DNA from: an uncultured Acetatifactor sp.
Lineage (GTDB): Bacteria; Bacillota; Clostridia; Lachnospirales; Lachnospiraceae
NCBI GenBank assembly: GCA_934433135.1
Contig: CAKRZO010000003.1
Location: 113,511 to 177,510 of the forward strand
DNA length: 64,000 nucleotides
Reading direction: 5' to 3'
Shown: positions 51,752-61,566 of the stretch, piece by piece
Layout: the number at the start of each line of letters is the position of its first letter
Numbering within the stretch: position 1 is the stretch's first letter
Translations under genes and position numbers: made by a program
Notes under the pieces: model-generated
Database searches by the model: none
Told to the model about the DNA's origin: nothing
Seen by the model: the letters and a program-made list of their open reading frames with translations, nothing else

Positions 51752-51843
51752 TCATACCTTTTTCTTTGTAATTTGTATTTTGATCAGCTCTTCCGTCTGC
51801 TTTTCGCTTTCCTCTTTCCGTTTGTCTCCGTTTTTTTACAGGT

Positions 51844-52029
51844 CTATCGTAAGAAGTCCATTAGCTGCTGCTTGTTCTGCATAGCCGACTTTGCACCTTT
51901 TTCAAAAAACTGCTTTACTTTGGTATCGGTCGCTTCGCTTGCATACTGCTGCAGCTTACAGTGCGTGGTATCAAATCCGCCGATCAAATGACGCAGATTC
52001 TGCAGATCCAATTCTGAAATATTACTCAT
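51844..52029 (-). CDS. Small CotF-like spore coat protein
   Basis: 61 aa, adjacent to the CotF-like gene. Confidence 0.35.
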   Translation of the reverse strand: MSNISELDLQNLRHLIGGFDTTHCKLQQYASEATDTKVKQFFEKGAKSAMQNKQQLMDFLR

Positions 52030-52067
52030 CGTATCACCATTCCTTTCTTAACATGAATTCTTACTTC

Positions 52068-52176
52068 TGAGCGGCTTTGCCGCGAAGAGACGAAGAGAAA
52101 TTCGCGCAGGCAATTTCTCTTTCTTCTGCCGTCAAAGCAATTTGTTTTCGCTCAGAAACAAATTGCGATTTTTCAC
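52068..52176 (+). repeat. 110-bp three-hairpin intergenic element, copy A
   Basis: Three hairpins: GCGGCtttGCCGC; GAGAAATTcgcgcaggcAATTTCTC; GCAATTTGTTTtcgctcagAAACAAATTGC. Confidence 0.65.
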
Positions 52177-52310
52177 ACTGTTGCCTGACTTATTATCTGC
52201 CAAAGCTTCCGGAATATACTTTTTGCGATTTCTTTTTTGCTATTTTCTTTTTTTCATAAAAGTGGTAAGATAGGTATGAATCATTTATACCAAAAAAGGA
52301 GGCACTAAAA

Positions 52311-54107
52311 ATGGCAAAAGAATTACCAAAGCGAAGTGAAGTTGCCGTAGAATTCACCTGGAATCTGGCGGATATGTATCCGGATGTTGCCGCATGGGAA
52401 GCGGAACTTACCCGCATTCAGGAGCTGGCCGCCGTTTTAGAGAAAATGGAAGGCAAAGTGGGAGAAAGTCCCGCATCCTTATTAAAAACACTGGAAAGTA
52501 TGGCAGCTATGAACCAAAAGCTGGATCTGGCTTTTAACTATGCTACCCGTTTAAGCGATGAGGATACCAAAAATACCAAACACCAGGCTATGGTTCAGAA
52601 GATCTTCGGTCTCTATTCCGATGTTTCCAGCCGTCTGGCTTTCTTTGAGCCGGAAGTCCTGGCTATGGATCCGGAAACTTTGGAAGATTTCTATGCAAAA
52701 GAGCCGGCACTTTCCTTATACCGCAAACAGATCGAAGAAATCGTACGTCTTAAGGCTCACTGCCTGAGTACGGAAATGGAAAAAATGCTGGCCATGACCG
52801 CTGAAATTTCCAAAAATCCCAGCAACATTTACTCGATTTTCTCCAACTCCGATATGCAGTTCCCGGAAGTGGAAGATGAAAACGGGGAAATGGTGAGAAT
52901 TACCCATGGCAGATTTGTTCCGCTGGAAGAGTCCGCTGACCGCCGTGTCAGAAAAGAAACTTTCGAAAAGCTCTATCATACCTACCAACAGTACCAGAAT
53001 ACTCTGGCAGCCGTTTACAGCGGGCAGGTAAAACAGCTGATTTTCCATGCGAAAGCAAGAAAATACAACTCTACCCTGGAAGCAGCCGTAGACCGCAACA
53101 ACGTTTCTCCCAAGGTGTACGAGAATCTGGTTGCCACCATTAATGCCAACCTGGATAAGATGCATCATTATGTGCGTCTGCGCAAAAAATATCTGGGCGT
53201 AGAAGAATTGCACATGTATGATATTTATACTCCCATGCTTCCGGACTTTGCAAAGGAAATCAGCTTTGAAGAAGCAAAAGAGACCGTTTTGAAGGCTCTG
53301 GCTCCTTTGGGTGAAGACTATGTAAAAGTGGTAAAGGAAGGCTTTGACAACCGTTGGATCGATGTTTATGAAAATGAAGGCAAGAGAAGCGGCGCCTATT
53401 CCGCAGGTTCTTTCGGCACACATCCTTATGTGCTCTTAAACTACAACGGTTCCCTGGACAATATGTTTACTTTAGCCCATGAGATGGGACATGCCATGCA
53501 TTCTTATCTCTCCAATTCCACCCAGCCTTATATTTATTCCGATTACAAGATTTTCGTTGCAGAAGTGGCTTCCACCTGTAATGAAGTTCTTTTGATGGAA
53601 TATCTGCTGAAAAATACCACCGACCCCAATGAGCGTGCTTATTTGTTAAATCATTATCTGGACAGCTTCAAGGGTACGGTTTATCGTCAGACGATGTTTG
53701 CGGAATATGAAATGAAGACCAACCAGATGGCGGAAGCAGGCGAGAGCCTGACTGCAGATGTGCTGAATCAGATTTATCATGAACTGAACTGCAAATATTA
53801 CGGACCGGATATGGTATCCGACACCGAAATTGCGGTAGAATGGGCAAGAATCCCTCATTTCTACTACAATTTCTACGTATATCAATACGCAACCGGATTT
53901 TCCAGCGCTGTCACCATTGCCCGTAACATCTTAAAGAACGGGGCTCCTGCTGTAGAAGCTTATAAGAAATTCTTATCCGGCGGCTGTTCTCTGCCCCCTG
54001 TAGAACTCTTAAAGATCGCAGGCGTGGATCTGGAGACTCCCGCTCCTATTCAGGATGCTTTAAATGTCTTCGGTGAAATTCTGGACGAAATGGAACAGCT
54101 CGGCTAA
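52311..54107 (+). CDS. pepF: Oligoendopeptidase F (M3B)
   Basis: HEMGHAMH zinc motif. 598 aa. RBS AAAGGAGG. Confidence 0.9.
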   Translation: MAKELPKRSEVAVEFTWNLADMYPDVAAWEAELTRIQELAAVLEKMEGKVGESPASLLKTLESMAAMNQKLDLAFNYATRLSDEDTKNTKHQAMVQKIFGLYSDVSSRLAFFEPEVLAMDPETLEDFYAKEPALSLYRKQIEEIVRLKAHCLSTEMEKMLAMTAEISKNPSNIYSIFSNSDMQFPEVEDENGEMVRITHGRFVPLEESADRRVRKETFEKLYHTYQQYQNTLAAVYSGQVKQLIFHAKARKYNSTLEAAVDRNNVSPKVYENLVATINANLDKMHHYVRLRKKYLGVEELHMYDIYTPMLPDFAKEISFEEAKETVLKALAPLGEDYVKVVKEGFDNRWIDVYENEGKRSGAYSAGSFGTHPYVLLNYNGSLDNMFTLAHEMGHAMHSYLSNSTQPYIYSDYKIFVAEVASTCNEVLLMEYLLKNTTDPNERAYLLNHYLDSFKGTVYRQTMFAEYEMKTNQMAEAGESLTADVLNQIYHELNCKYYGPDMVSDTEIAVEWARIPHFYYNFYVYQYATGFSSAVTIARNILKNGAPAVEAYKKFLSGGCSLPPVELLKIAGVDLETPAPIQDALNVFGEILDEMEQLG

Positions 54108-54150
54108 TCATTATAAAGGCCGCCCTGTTACAGGGCGGCCCGGCCGGCGA

Positions 54151-54822
54151 TTATTGATGCTGACCCGTAATGGAGAAAATTGCCCATTGAGCGATATTGA
54201 CCGCATGATCGGCAATCCGTTCAAAATATTTCGCGATCATCAAAAGATCAATGGTGTATTCTCCATCTGCGGGATTGACCGCAACGATTTCAATCAACTG
54301 CTTCTTCATCTGATTAAAGAAATCATCTACAATGTCATCGTCCTGAACAACCTTCTGCGCCAAAGTGATTTCTTTTTTCACATATGCATCGATACTCTGC
54401 TTTACCATCTGAATGGCTGCTTTTGCCATTTCACATAACGTATTGCGGTTCTTTACCGTTAGATCTTCTTCAGATTTGTTTTTTAAAGAATCAGTTCCCA
54501 TAAAATTAAAAATTTCCGCAATATCCTCCGCCTGATCACCGATTCTCTCCATATCGGTAATCATCTTTAAGACAGCCGAAATCTGCCTTAAATCTCTTGC
54601 CACAGGCTGCTGCTGAAGCAAAAGCTTTAAACATAAAGACTCGATCCCCCTCTCCTTCTGGTCGATTTCCGAAGAGATCGGCGCCACTTTTTGGGCAAGT
54701 TCCTTATCGGCTTTGGTCAACGCTCCCACTACCAGTTCAATTGCCAGCTCGCACAGTTCCCCCATCTGGGTCAGTTCCTGATTTAAAAGTGCAAGCTGTT
54801 CGTCAAAATGACTTCTCATCAT
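54151..54822 (-). CDS. phoU: Phosphate transport system regulator PhoU
   Basis: Two PhoU repeats. 223 aa. Confidence 0.85.
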   Translation of the reverse strand: MMRSHFDEQLALLNQELTQMGELCELAIELVVGALTKADKELAQKVAPISSEIDQKERGIESLCLKLLLQQQPVARDLRQISAVLKMITDMERIGDQAEDIAEIFNFMGTDSLKNKSEEDLTVKNRNTLCEMAKAAIQMVKQSIDAYVKKEITLAQKVVQDDDIVDDFFNQMKKQLIEIVAVNPADGEYTIDLLMIAKYFERIADHAVNIAQWAIFSITGQHQ

Positions 54823-55466
54823 CCAAACCTCCCTGTAATATAGTCTTCTGTTTTCTGATTTGCCGGCTGTGAAAAGATCTGCTCCGTATCTCCGTATTCG
54901 ATTAAATCTCCCAGAAGGAAAAATGCGGTTTTGTCTGAAATCCGAACTGCCTGCTGCATGTTGTGGGTAACAATGACAATCGTATATTTTTTCTTTAATT
55001 CCAGCAAAAGCTCTTCAATCCTGGAAGTGGAGATCGGATCCAACGCACTGGTCGGTTCATCCATCAATAAAACATCGGGCTCTACGGCAAGTGCCCGCGC
55101 AATACAAAGTCTTTGCTGCTGCCCTCCGGAAAGTCCCAGGGCATTCTTCTTAAGCCGGTCTTTTACTTCCTCCCAAATTGCCGCACCTTTTAAAGACTGC
55201 TCCACAATTTCATCCAGCTTGCCCTTATTCCGGATGCCGTGCGTCCTCGGGCCATAAGCAATATTGTCATAGATGTTCATCGGAAACGGATTGGGCTTCT
55301 GGAATACCATTCCGATCTGACGGCGCAGTTCACTGATATCTATACCCGGCTCAAAAATATCCTGTCCCCGATAGCATACTTTTCCTATAATTTTTACATC
55401 TTGATGCAGCCTGTAATGACACCATCCACGCACCCCGGCATAACCACGGTCCGGATGACTCTCCAT
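54819..55466 (-). pseudogene. pstB: pstB, 5'-truncated (Walker A region absent)
   Basis: Homology to PstB begins at DVKIIGK...[12 protein letters not shown]. The ABC signature LSGGQQQRL and Walker B are present, but there is no GPSGCGKS P-loop. Confidence 0.6.
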
Positions 55467-55506
55467 TTCCCTGCTCCCAGTCCGAAGGCTCCTTCCCGGA
55501 TATTTC

Positions 55507-56022
55507 TTAATTGGCTGCTACTGCGCCTGCTTTTGAAATAATGTCTGCTGCTTCGGGAGAGGTAACGTAATCGAAGAATGCCTGTGCAGTCTTGGAAAGC
55601 TCCGTTCCTTCTTTGGTTACCAGTACGAAAGGACGCTGAATCTTGTAAGTGCCATCCTTTACCGTATCTTCAGAGGGAACAATTCCGTCTACGGATACTG
55701 CTTTGACACTGTCCTTTACAGAAGCCAGGGAAGCATATCCGATGGCATCCGGATTCTGTCCCACTGTCGTAATAACGTCACCGGTAGAGGTCAGTTCCTG
55801 ACGATACTTGCAGGCATCTTTGGTATCTGTAATGGATTCAAATCCGTCTCTGGTTCCGCTTCCGGCTTCCCGTCCGATCAGAACAATCTCTGCATCCTGC
55901 CCGCCGACTTCTTTCCAATTGGTGATTTCTCCCGTATAAATTTTTGTAATTTCTTCTATGGTCAGATTTTCTACCGGATTCTCAGGATTTACAATAATTG
56001 CAATACCATCGTATGCAAGCAC
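55507..56022 (-). pseudogene. pstS: pstS, internally deleted (C-terminal ~60% only)
   Basis: Matches PstS from about residue 110 (KIYTGEITNWKEVGG). An 11-codon signal-peptide stub MRKIMKKKQTD* lies just upstream in a different frame. Confidence 0.6.
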
Positions 56023-56170
56023 GGTTTCCTTTAATCCGTTTGCTTTTTCTTCATTATCTTTCTCATGATAATCTCCTCTTTTCTCTTTCCTTTTCTACTT
56101 GGTACGATTATCATGATACTGATTTTTTGTAAAATGCAAAAGCCTGCTGCGGTAAAATCTATGTAAAACT

Positions 56171-56428
56171 TTAGTTCTGCTTTCTGACGACTGCATATTC
56201 ATCGTCCAGTCTGTAATACGGGCACTCCCGCTGGGTTCCGGATAGAAAACGATACATTTCATCTTCATCCAGATTCACCAGACAGCAATAACATTCATAC
56301 TCTTCGTCATAAATATAATTGACGCACAACTCACAATTCGATACTGCCATGCCTCTTCCCATGCCTTTCCGAAATCCATGTTTCTTCTCTGCACATTTCC
56401 GCCGCAAAGTTAATCTATCTGAAAACAT
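56171..56428 (-). CDS. Small Cys-rich hypothetical protein
   Basis: CELC...CYCC...C motifs. 85-aa ORF, start uncertain. Confidence 0.3.
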   Translation of the reverse strand: MFSDRLTLRRKCAEKKHGFRKGMGRGMAVSNCELCVNYIYDEEYECYCCLVNLDEDEMYRFLSGTQRECPYYRLDDEYAVVRKQN

Positions 56429-56461
56429 CCTTACCTCTTTGTGTGCAAACGAAAAACAACT

Positions 56462-57343
56462 CTACTCTCCGCAGAGCGCCTGATAGATCTCTCTTTTTCC
56501 TACTCCGCGGTCCTTTGCCACGGCTTTCATGGCTTCCTTGCGTTCCATTCCCTGCTCTTCATAATAAGCCATGTGTTCTTCTATCGTCATGGTCTCCCAG
56601 GAGGCAATTTTTTCTTTCTTTTTCTCTGCAAAGCTCTTACCTTCCACTACCAGCACATATTCTCCCCTGGGTTCCCGTTCCCGAAACACTTCCAAAACCT
56701 GATCCAGAGTAGTGGGCAGAACCTCCTCGAACTTTTTCGTCAGTTCCCTGCATAAGGTAATCTTACGATTGCCGAGAGCCTCCCTTAATTCTTCCAATGT
56801 CCTTACCAAATGATGGGGCGCTTCATACAAAATCATGGTTCTGGTCTCCTGTGCAAGTTCTTCCAGGATCTGTTTTTTCTCTTTCTTTTCCGCAGGGAGG
56901 AATCCTTCAAAGCAAAATCGTCTGGTATTTAAACCGGACAACGTCAGGGCCGTAATACAGGCAGCGGCACCCGGAAGGGACGTCACACACACCCCGTTTT
57001 CCTGACACATCCGCACCAACACTTCTCCCGGATCGGAAATAGCCGGGGTTCCGGCATCCGTAATCAGGGCAATATTTTGCCCGTCCAGCATCTGCTGTAC
57101 CAGCTGTTTTGCTTTTTCCACTTTATTGTACTCATGATAACTGGTCATCGGCGTATGAATCTCAAAGTGATTCAGCAGCTTGATGCTGTTTCTGGTATCT
57201 TCCGCGGCAATCACATCCACCTGCTGCAAAGTCTCCACGACCCGCGGCGACATATCGCCTAAATTTCCGATGGGAGTTGCACATAAATAAAGTTTTCCTG
57301 CCATATTTTTACCGTATCCCTTCTCTTCGGTCCTGATTCCCAA
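56462..57343 (-). CDS. rsmI: 16S rRNA (cytidine1402-2'-O)-methyltransferase
   Basis: LYLCATPIGNLGD, tetrapyrrole-methylase fold. Start at the internal Met. Confidence 0.85.
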   Translation of the reverse strand: MGIRTEEKGYGKNMAGKLYLCATPIGNLGDMSPRVVETLQQVDVIAAEDTRNSIKLLNHFEIHTPMTSYHEYNKVEKAKQLVQQMLDGQNIALITDAGTPAISDPGEVLVRMCQENGVCVTSLPGAAACITALTLSGLNTRRFCFEGFLPAEKKEKKQILEELAQETRTMILYEAPHHLVRTLEELREALGNRKITLCRELTKKFEEVLPTTLDQVLEVFREREPRGEYVLVVEGKSFAEKKKEKIASWETMTIEEHMAYYEEQGMERKEAMKAVAKDRGVGKREIYQALCGE

Positions 57344-57400
57344 GCCTTTTTATAACCAAAGAGAAATCATCCGTGCAAATTTCTCTTCGATCCCGCTTCC

Positions 57401-58279
57401 TTAATATCCGTAAATGGTATAGATTTCCGGCATATAGACACCGGGTTTTTGATATACAATCAGCGGCTTTTCCACTGTCATTCTGGGTCTGCCTCCCCGT
57501 ACTGCCTCTAAAAGCACCATATTAGGCTCTTTGTCTACATAGGGATAAACTAACTGCATCCTCTTCGGCTCCAGTTTATAACGGTTCAGTGTTATCATAA
57601 TTTCCGCCAGCCGGAACGGTCTGTGTACCAGATAAAAATGCCCGCCCGGTTTTAAAAGCAGCGCTGCCCGGCTGATCACGTCCTCCAGCGTACATAATAT
57701 CTCGTGTCTGGCTATAGCTTTGGGCGCCTCGGGATTCACCAGTCCATGCTGCCCTATCATATACGGCGGGTTACAGGTTACTACATCAAAGGAAGCAGGC
57801 TTAAAAATGCTGCCCGCTTCCCTGATATCGCCTGTTACAATATCGATTTTATCCGTCAGTCCGTTTAATGCCACGCTTCTGCGTGCCATATCCGCACTTT
57901 CTTCCTGAATTTCCAGTCCTGTCAGATGTTCCGCCTTCGTCTTGGCTTCCATCAGAATCGGGATAATGCCCGTTCCGGTTCCCAAGTCCAGCACCCGGTC
58001 TTTGCTTTTTGCAGACGCAAAGCCGGACAAAAGCACCGCATCCATGCCGAAGCAGAATTTTTCCGGATTCTGAATAATCTTATAGCCGTTCCTCTGAAGT
58101 TCGTCCAGTCTCTCCTTTTCTTTCAGAACGATTGTCATAACGTCTGGGCTTCCCCTTTCTGCTTCCTTCTTTATTCTCCGCAGAGCCATTTCTTTCCTGA
58201 CCGCTCCGCCCCGGGCGGATGCCATCCTGTCGGCTGTCATTGGAACGATTCTGCCGATTGTCATCCTGACGATCTTCAC
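57401..58279 (-). CDS. tRNA (adenine-N6)-methyltransferase-like (TrmN6/YfiC family)
   Basis: DLGTGTG SAM motif and NPPY. The real start is likely internal (M31 or M48). Confidence 0.7.
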   Translation of the reverse strand: MKIVRMTIGRIVPMTADRMASARGGAVRKEMALRRIKKEAERGSPDVMTIVLKEKERLDELQRNGYKIIQNPEKFCFGMDAVLLSGFASAKSKDRVLDLGTGTGIIPILMEAKTKAEHLTGLEIQEESADMARRSVALNGLTDKIDIVTGDIREAGSIFKPASFDVVTCNPPYMIGQHGLVNPEAPKAIARHEILCTLEDVISRAALLLKPGGHFYLVHRPFRLAEIMITLNRYKLEPKRMQLVYPYVDKEPNMVLLEAVRGGRPRMTVEKPLIVYQKPGVYMPEIYTIYGY

Positions 58280-59612
58280 TCAAACGTTCCTTCCCGTTTC
58301 GGCGTTTTTCACCGGACATGCGTCTGCTTTGCCCGGAACGTTCAATGCCGTTTGCACGCTCGGTATTGCTCCGGCGTCCGCTTCCGTTCTGTCGTTCCTC
58401 CCCGTTGGCATGATCTTTTCCGAAGCGGCGATTTGAACGGTTTGCTCCAAATGAACGGTTTTCACCGGTGATACGATCTTCACTGTTGGCATGTCCCTCG
58501 CCATTGGTACGATTTTCACCATTCGTACGATTTTCACTATTGGTACGACCTTCACCGCCGAATCGTCCTGTCCTTTTCGATCTGCCTTCTGCCTGGGCGG
58601 AGAGGCGGCGGTTCTGTCGGTCGGGTATTCTACGGCTTTCAGACTGCTCGTCTATGGAAAAGATACCGGTCTCCTTTCCGTCCTTTTCCGCCATCTCAGC
58701 AATCTCAATCTTCTCCTGTTTTTCCAACAGTTCCAGTTCTTCCAACTCTTCCGAAGACATCTCTTCTTCCGAGGTGTTCGACCGGTCTTTCTTAGCGTAA
58801 TGTTTTTTAAATTTAAGCCTGTCTGTCTCGTATTCCCGGATTTCCTTCTCATCGTCCACTTCCACCAGTACTTTTACCAGCTGACGGAGTACATTGACGC
58901 TCTGAACCTCACCTTTTAATCCGTCATCCATTGTCACGATGTCTCCTACACCGGGAAGTCTGCGATTTAAGTCTTCATAGGTTTCTTCTTCATGCTTCAG
59001 GCAACACATAAGTCTTCCGCACACACCGCTGATCTTGGCAGGATTCAGAGAAAGATTTTGTTCCTTTGCCATTTTAATGGAAACCGGAATAAATTCCGAT
59101 AAATAGCTGTGGCAACACAGCACTCTTCCGCAGATACCGATGCCGCCCATTGTTTTGGTTTCATCTCTGACACCAATCTGTCTTAGTTCGATTCTGGTAC
59201 GGAATACGCTCGCCAGATCCTTTACCAGTTCCCGGAAGTCGATACGCCCATCCGCCGTAAAATAGAACAGTACTTTATTGTTATCAAAGGTATATTCCGC
59301 ATCGATCAGTTTCATTTCCAGGCCATGTTTGCGGATTTTCTCCTGGCAGATAACAAACGCATCTTTTTCTTTCTGCTTATTGGCAGCTTCCTGCTCTTCA
59401 TCCCTCTGGTTTGCAATCCGCAGAACCGGTTTTAACGGAGAAATCACCTTGTCTTCTTCTACTTCCTTTAACTCTCCTACTACGGTTCCGAATTCAATTC
59501 CTCTGGCGGTCTCCACAATCACGTGGTCGCCTTTGTGTATCGGTAATCCTGCCGGATCAAAAAAATAAATCTTTCCTGCAGTTCTGAATCTTACTCCTGC
59601 TACTGTTATCAT
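58080..59612 (-). CDS. yaaT: PSP1/RicT (YaaT) protein with a long C-terminal R/N/G/E-rich low-complexity tail
   Basis: PSP1 domain (CGRVLCC...CGRLMCC). The tail contains 18-bp tandem DNA repeats and overlaps the next gene by about 60-200 bp. Confidence 0.75.
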   Translation of the reverse strand: MITVAGVRFRTAGKIYFFDPAGLPIHKGDHVIVETARGIEFGTVVGELKEVEEDKVISPLKPVLRIANQRDEEQEAANKQKEKDAFVICQEKIRKHGLEMKLIDAEYTFDNNKVLFYFTADGRIDFRELVKDLASVFRTRIELRQIGVRDETKTMGGIGICGRVLCCHSYLSEFIPVSIKMAKEQNLSLNPAKISGVCGRLMCCLKHEEETYEDLNRRLPGVGDIVTMDDGLKGEVQSVNVLRQLVKVLVEVDDEKEIREYETDRLKFKKHYAKKDRSNTSEEEMSSEELEELELLEKQEKIEIAEMAEKDGKETGIFSIDEQSESRRIPDRQNRRLSAQAEGRSKRTGRFGGEGRTNSENRTNGENRTNGEGHANSEDRITGENRSFGANRSNRRFGKDHANGEERQNGSGRRSNTERANGIERSGQSRRMSGEKRRNGKERLSEDRQDDNRQNRSNDSRQDGIRPGRSGQERNGSAENKEGSRKGKPRRYDNRSERKGETGRTSEERL

Positions 59613-59629
59613 CTATTAACCTCATTTCC

Positions 59630-59723
59630 GAGCGATTTCATCGCGAGGCGGCGATGAGAAATTCGCGCAGGCGATTTTTCATCTGCCATAAAAGCAATTT
59701 GTTTTCGCTCAGGAACAAATTGC
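59630..59723 (+). repeat. 110-bp three-hairpin intergenic element, copy B
   Basis: The first stem is GCGATttcATCGC here versus GCGGC/GCCGC in copy A, which is a compensatory change. Confidence 0.65.
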
Positions 59724-59845
59724 TATAAGAAAAATCAGCGTTTCAACGTGATTTTTCTTATTGGCCTCCATATTTCATACAATGCACTTCCCCAGTATAC
59801 CACAATCCTTTTTTTCACACAAGTTCCGCTGCGGATTCCTTCCTT

Positions 59846-60838
59846 TTAGCCATCTTCTTTCATGGTAAGCAGTAAAAGTTCCATGGTCAGTTCCAGATTC
59901 ACATTGGCATTCAGGCGATTTTTGGCCTGCTCCAGTGCATGGATAACTCTTTCGATTCCTTCATAGCTGGTTCGGTCGGCAACTTTTTGCAAAGAAGAGA
60001 TCTCTTCCCGGAAAATAACATGGCTCATATCTTTTGTGGCTTTAAATAAGAGGACGTCCCGGTACCAGATCATCATAATATCCAGATAATCATTGATATC
60101 CAGCTTATATTCCGTGATCTTCTTTATGGCAGCAATCATTTCATATAATTCCATTTCCTGAATGTATTTTAACAGGGAAAGGACTTCTGTTTTTACTTTT
60201 TCAAAATCTTCGCTGGCTGCCAGCGCCTTGGCTTTCCCGATATTCCCCCGGGCAAAAGCCGTACATACCTCCGCTTTGTAATCGGGTACTTTGAGCTGTT
60301 CCATTAAATATTTTTTTACCTGTTGATCCGCCACAGGCTTCGTATTAAGAACCACACATCTGCTTAAGATGGTGGGCAGAAGCGCTTCCAGGTTGGATGT
60401 CAGGAGAAGAATGACTCCGTAGGCCGGCGGTTCTTCCAGTGTTTTCAAAAGTGCATTCTGCGCCTGGGCATTCATTTTCTCCGCTTCATTCACAATATAG
60501 ATTTTGTATTCGCTGCTGTACGGTTTTATGGCAATGTCCGCATTGATCTGCGTACGGATGTCATCCACACTGATGGTATTGGGCTTTTCATGGGTTACGT
60601 AAATAATATCCGGGTGATTCCCGGACAGCGCCTGCAGACAGGAATGGCAGACCTGGCAAGGATCCACTTCTTTTTTTTCACACTGCAGGCTCATGGCAAA
60701 AATCCGCGCAATGAATTCCTTTCCGGAGGATTTTTCTCCGTTCAGGATGTATGCGTGGGAAACCTTCCTGCTTCTTACCGCATTCCGTAAATGTTCTTTT
60801 AATTGTTCCTGCCCTATAATATCCTGATATCCTGCCAT
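59846..60838 (-). CDS. holB: DNA polymerase III subunit delta'
   Basis: AAA+ clamp-loader fold. Conserved synteny with yaaT. Confidence 0.8.
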   Translation of the reverse strand: MAGYQDIIGQEQLKEHLRNAVRSRKVSHAYILNGEKSSGKEFIARIFAMSLQCEKKEVDPCQVCHSCLQALSGNHPDIIYVTHEKPNTISVDDIRTQINADIAIKPYSSEYKIYIVNEAEKMNAQAQNALLKTLEEPPAYGVILLLTSNLEALLPTILSRCVVLNTKPVADQQVKKYLMEQLKVPDYKAEVCTAFARGNIGKAKALAASEDFEKVKTEVLSLLKYIQEMELYEMIAAIKKITEYKLDINDYLDIMMIWYRDVLLFKATKDMSHVIFREEISSLQKVADRTSYEGIERVIHALEQAKNRLNANVNLELTMELLLLTMKEDG

Positions 60839-60945
60839 TTTCGTCTCCTGTTTTGTTTTTGCTGCTGTTCTTTGTTTTCCGTCCTAGGTTTCCGTTCAGC
60901 GTTTTCCCGTTCTTCGTTTCCGATCCGTATGTTTCGGTCGTTTTT

Positions 60946-61563
60946 TCAGGCAATTGTTTCCGATTCGATCCGGTCTGCTTTACACGTCTGTATATAGTCT
61001 TCTATCCCCCGCAGGCAGTTTTCCAGATCTTCATTCACAAAGGTTCTGTCTATTCCGGCCTGTCGGATTTTTTCTGCACAAAAATCCTGCTCATCCGCCA
61101 AAAACCTTCTGCACATCTCCGCATATCCGGGCTTTTCCTGGCTGCGTTCTCTGTCAAGGGCACGTTGAAGCCGTATGCCGTCATCCAGTTCCACTAGAAT
61201 CGGTTTCAGCCTGTCCGCCCCGAAATAACGCTTCATTTTTTCATAGCCTTCCAGCGTACCGATTAACAGGTAGTCCTGTCTTGCCAAGTCGATCTGTCCG
61301 TCGTCCACCGTAAAATACCGCCACAGTCCCCAGACCGTATGGTAAGCTCGATCCTCTGCTATTTTTCCCGCAGCTTGCAGCTTTCGAAAGCCTTCCTCAT
61401 CCGTAAAAAAGTATTCCACTCCGTTGGTTTCCCCGGTTCGTATAGGACGGGTGGTGTATGGGATAATGGTCTTTAACCCGTACTTATTTTTTTTTAATAA
61501 TTCCTTAAACAGAGTGTCTTTTCCGCAGGCACTTTTTCCACACAAATAAAATATTTGTCCCAT
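60946..61563 (-). CDS. Guanylate-kinase-like P-loop kinase
   Basis: P-loop GKSACGKDT and YTTRPIRTGETNGVEYFF, which is the GMP-kinase signature. Confidence 0.6.
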   Translation of the reverse strand: MGQIFYLCGKSACGKDTLFKELLKKNKYGLKTIIPYTTRPIRTGETNGVEYFFTDEEGFRKLQAAGKIAEDRAYHTVWGLWRYFTVDDGQIDLARQDYLLIGTLEGYEKMKRYFGADRLKPILVELDDGIRLQRALDRERSQEKPGYAEMCRRFLADEQDFCAEKIRQAGIDRTFVNEDLENCLRGIEDYIQTCKADRIESETIA

Positions 61564-61566
61564 TTT

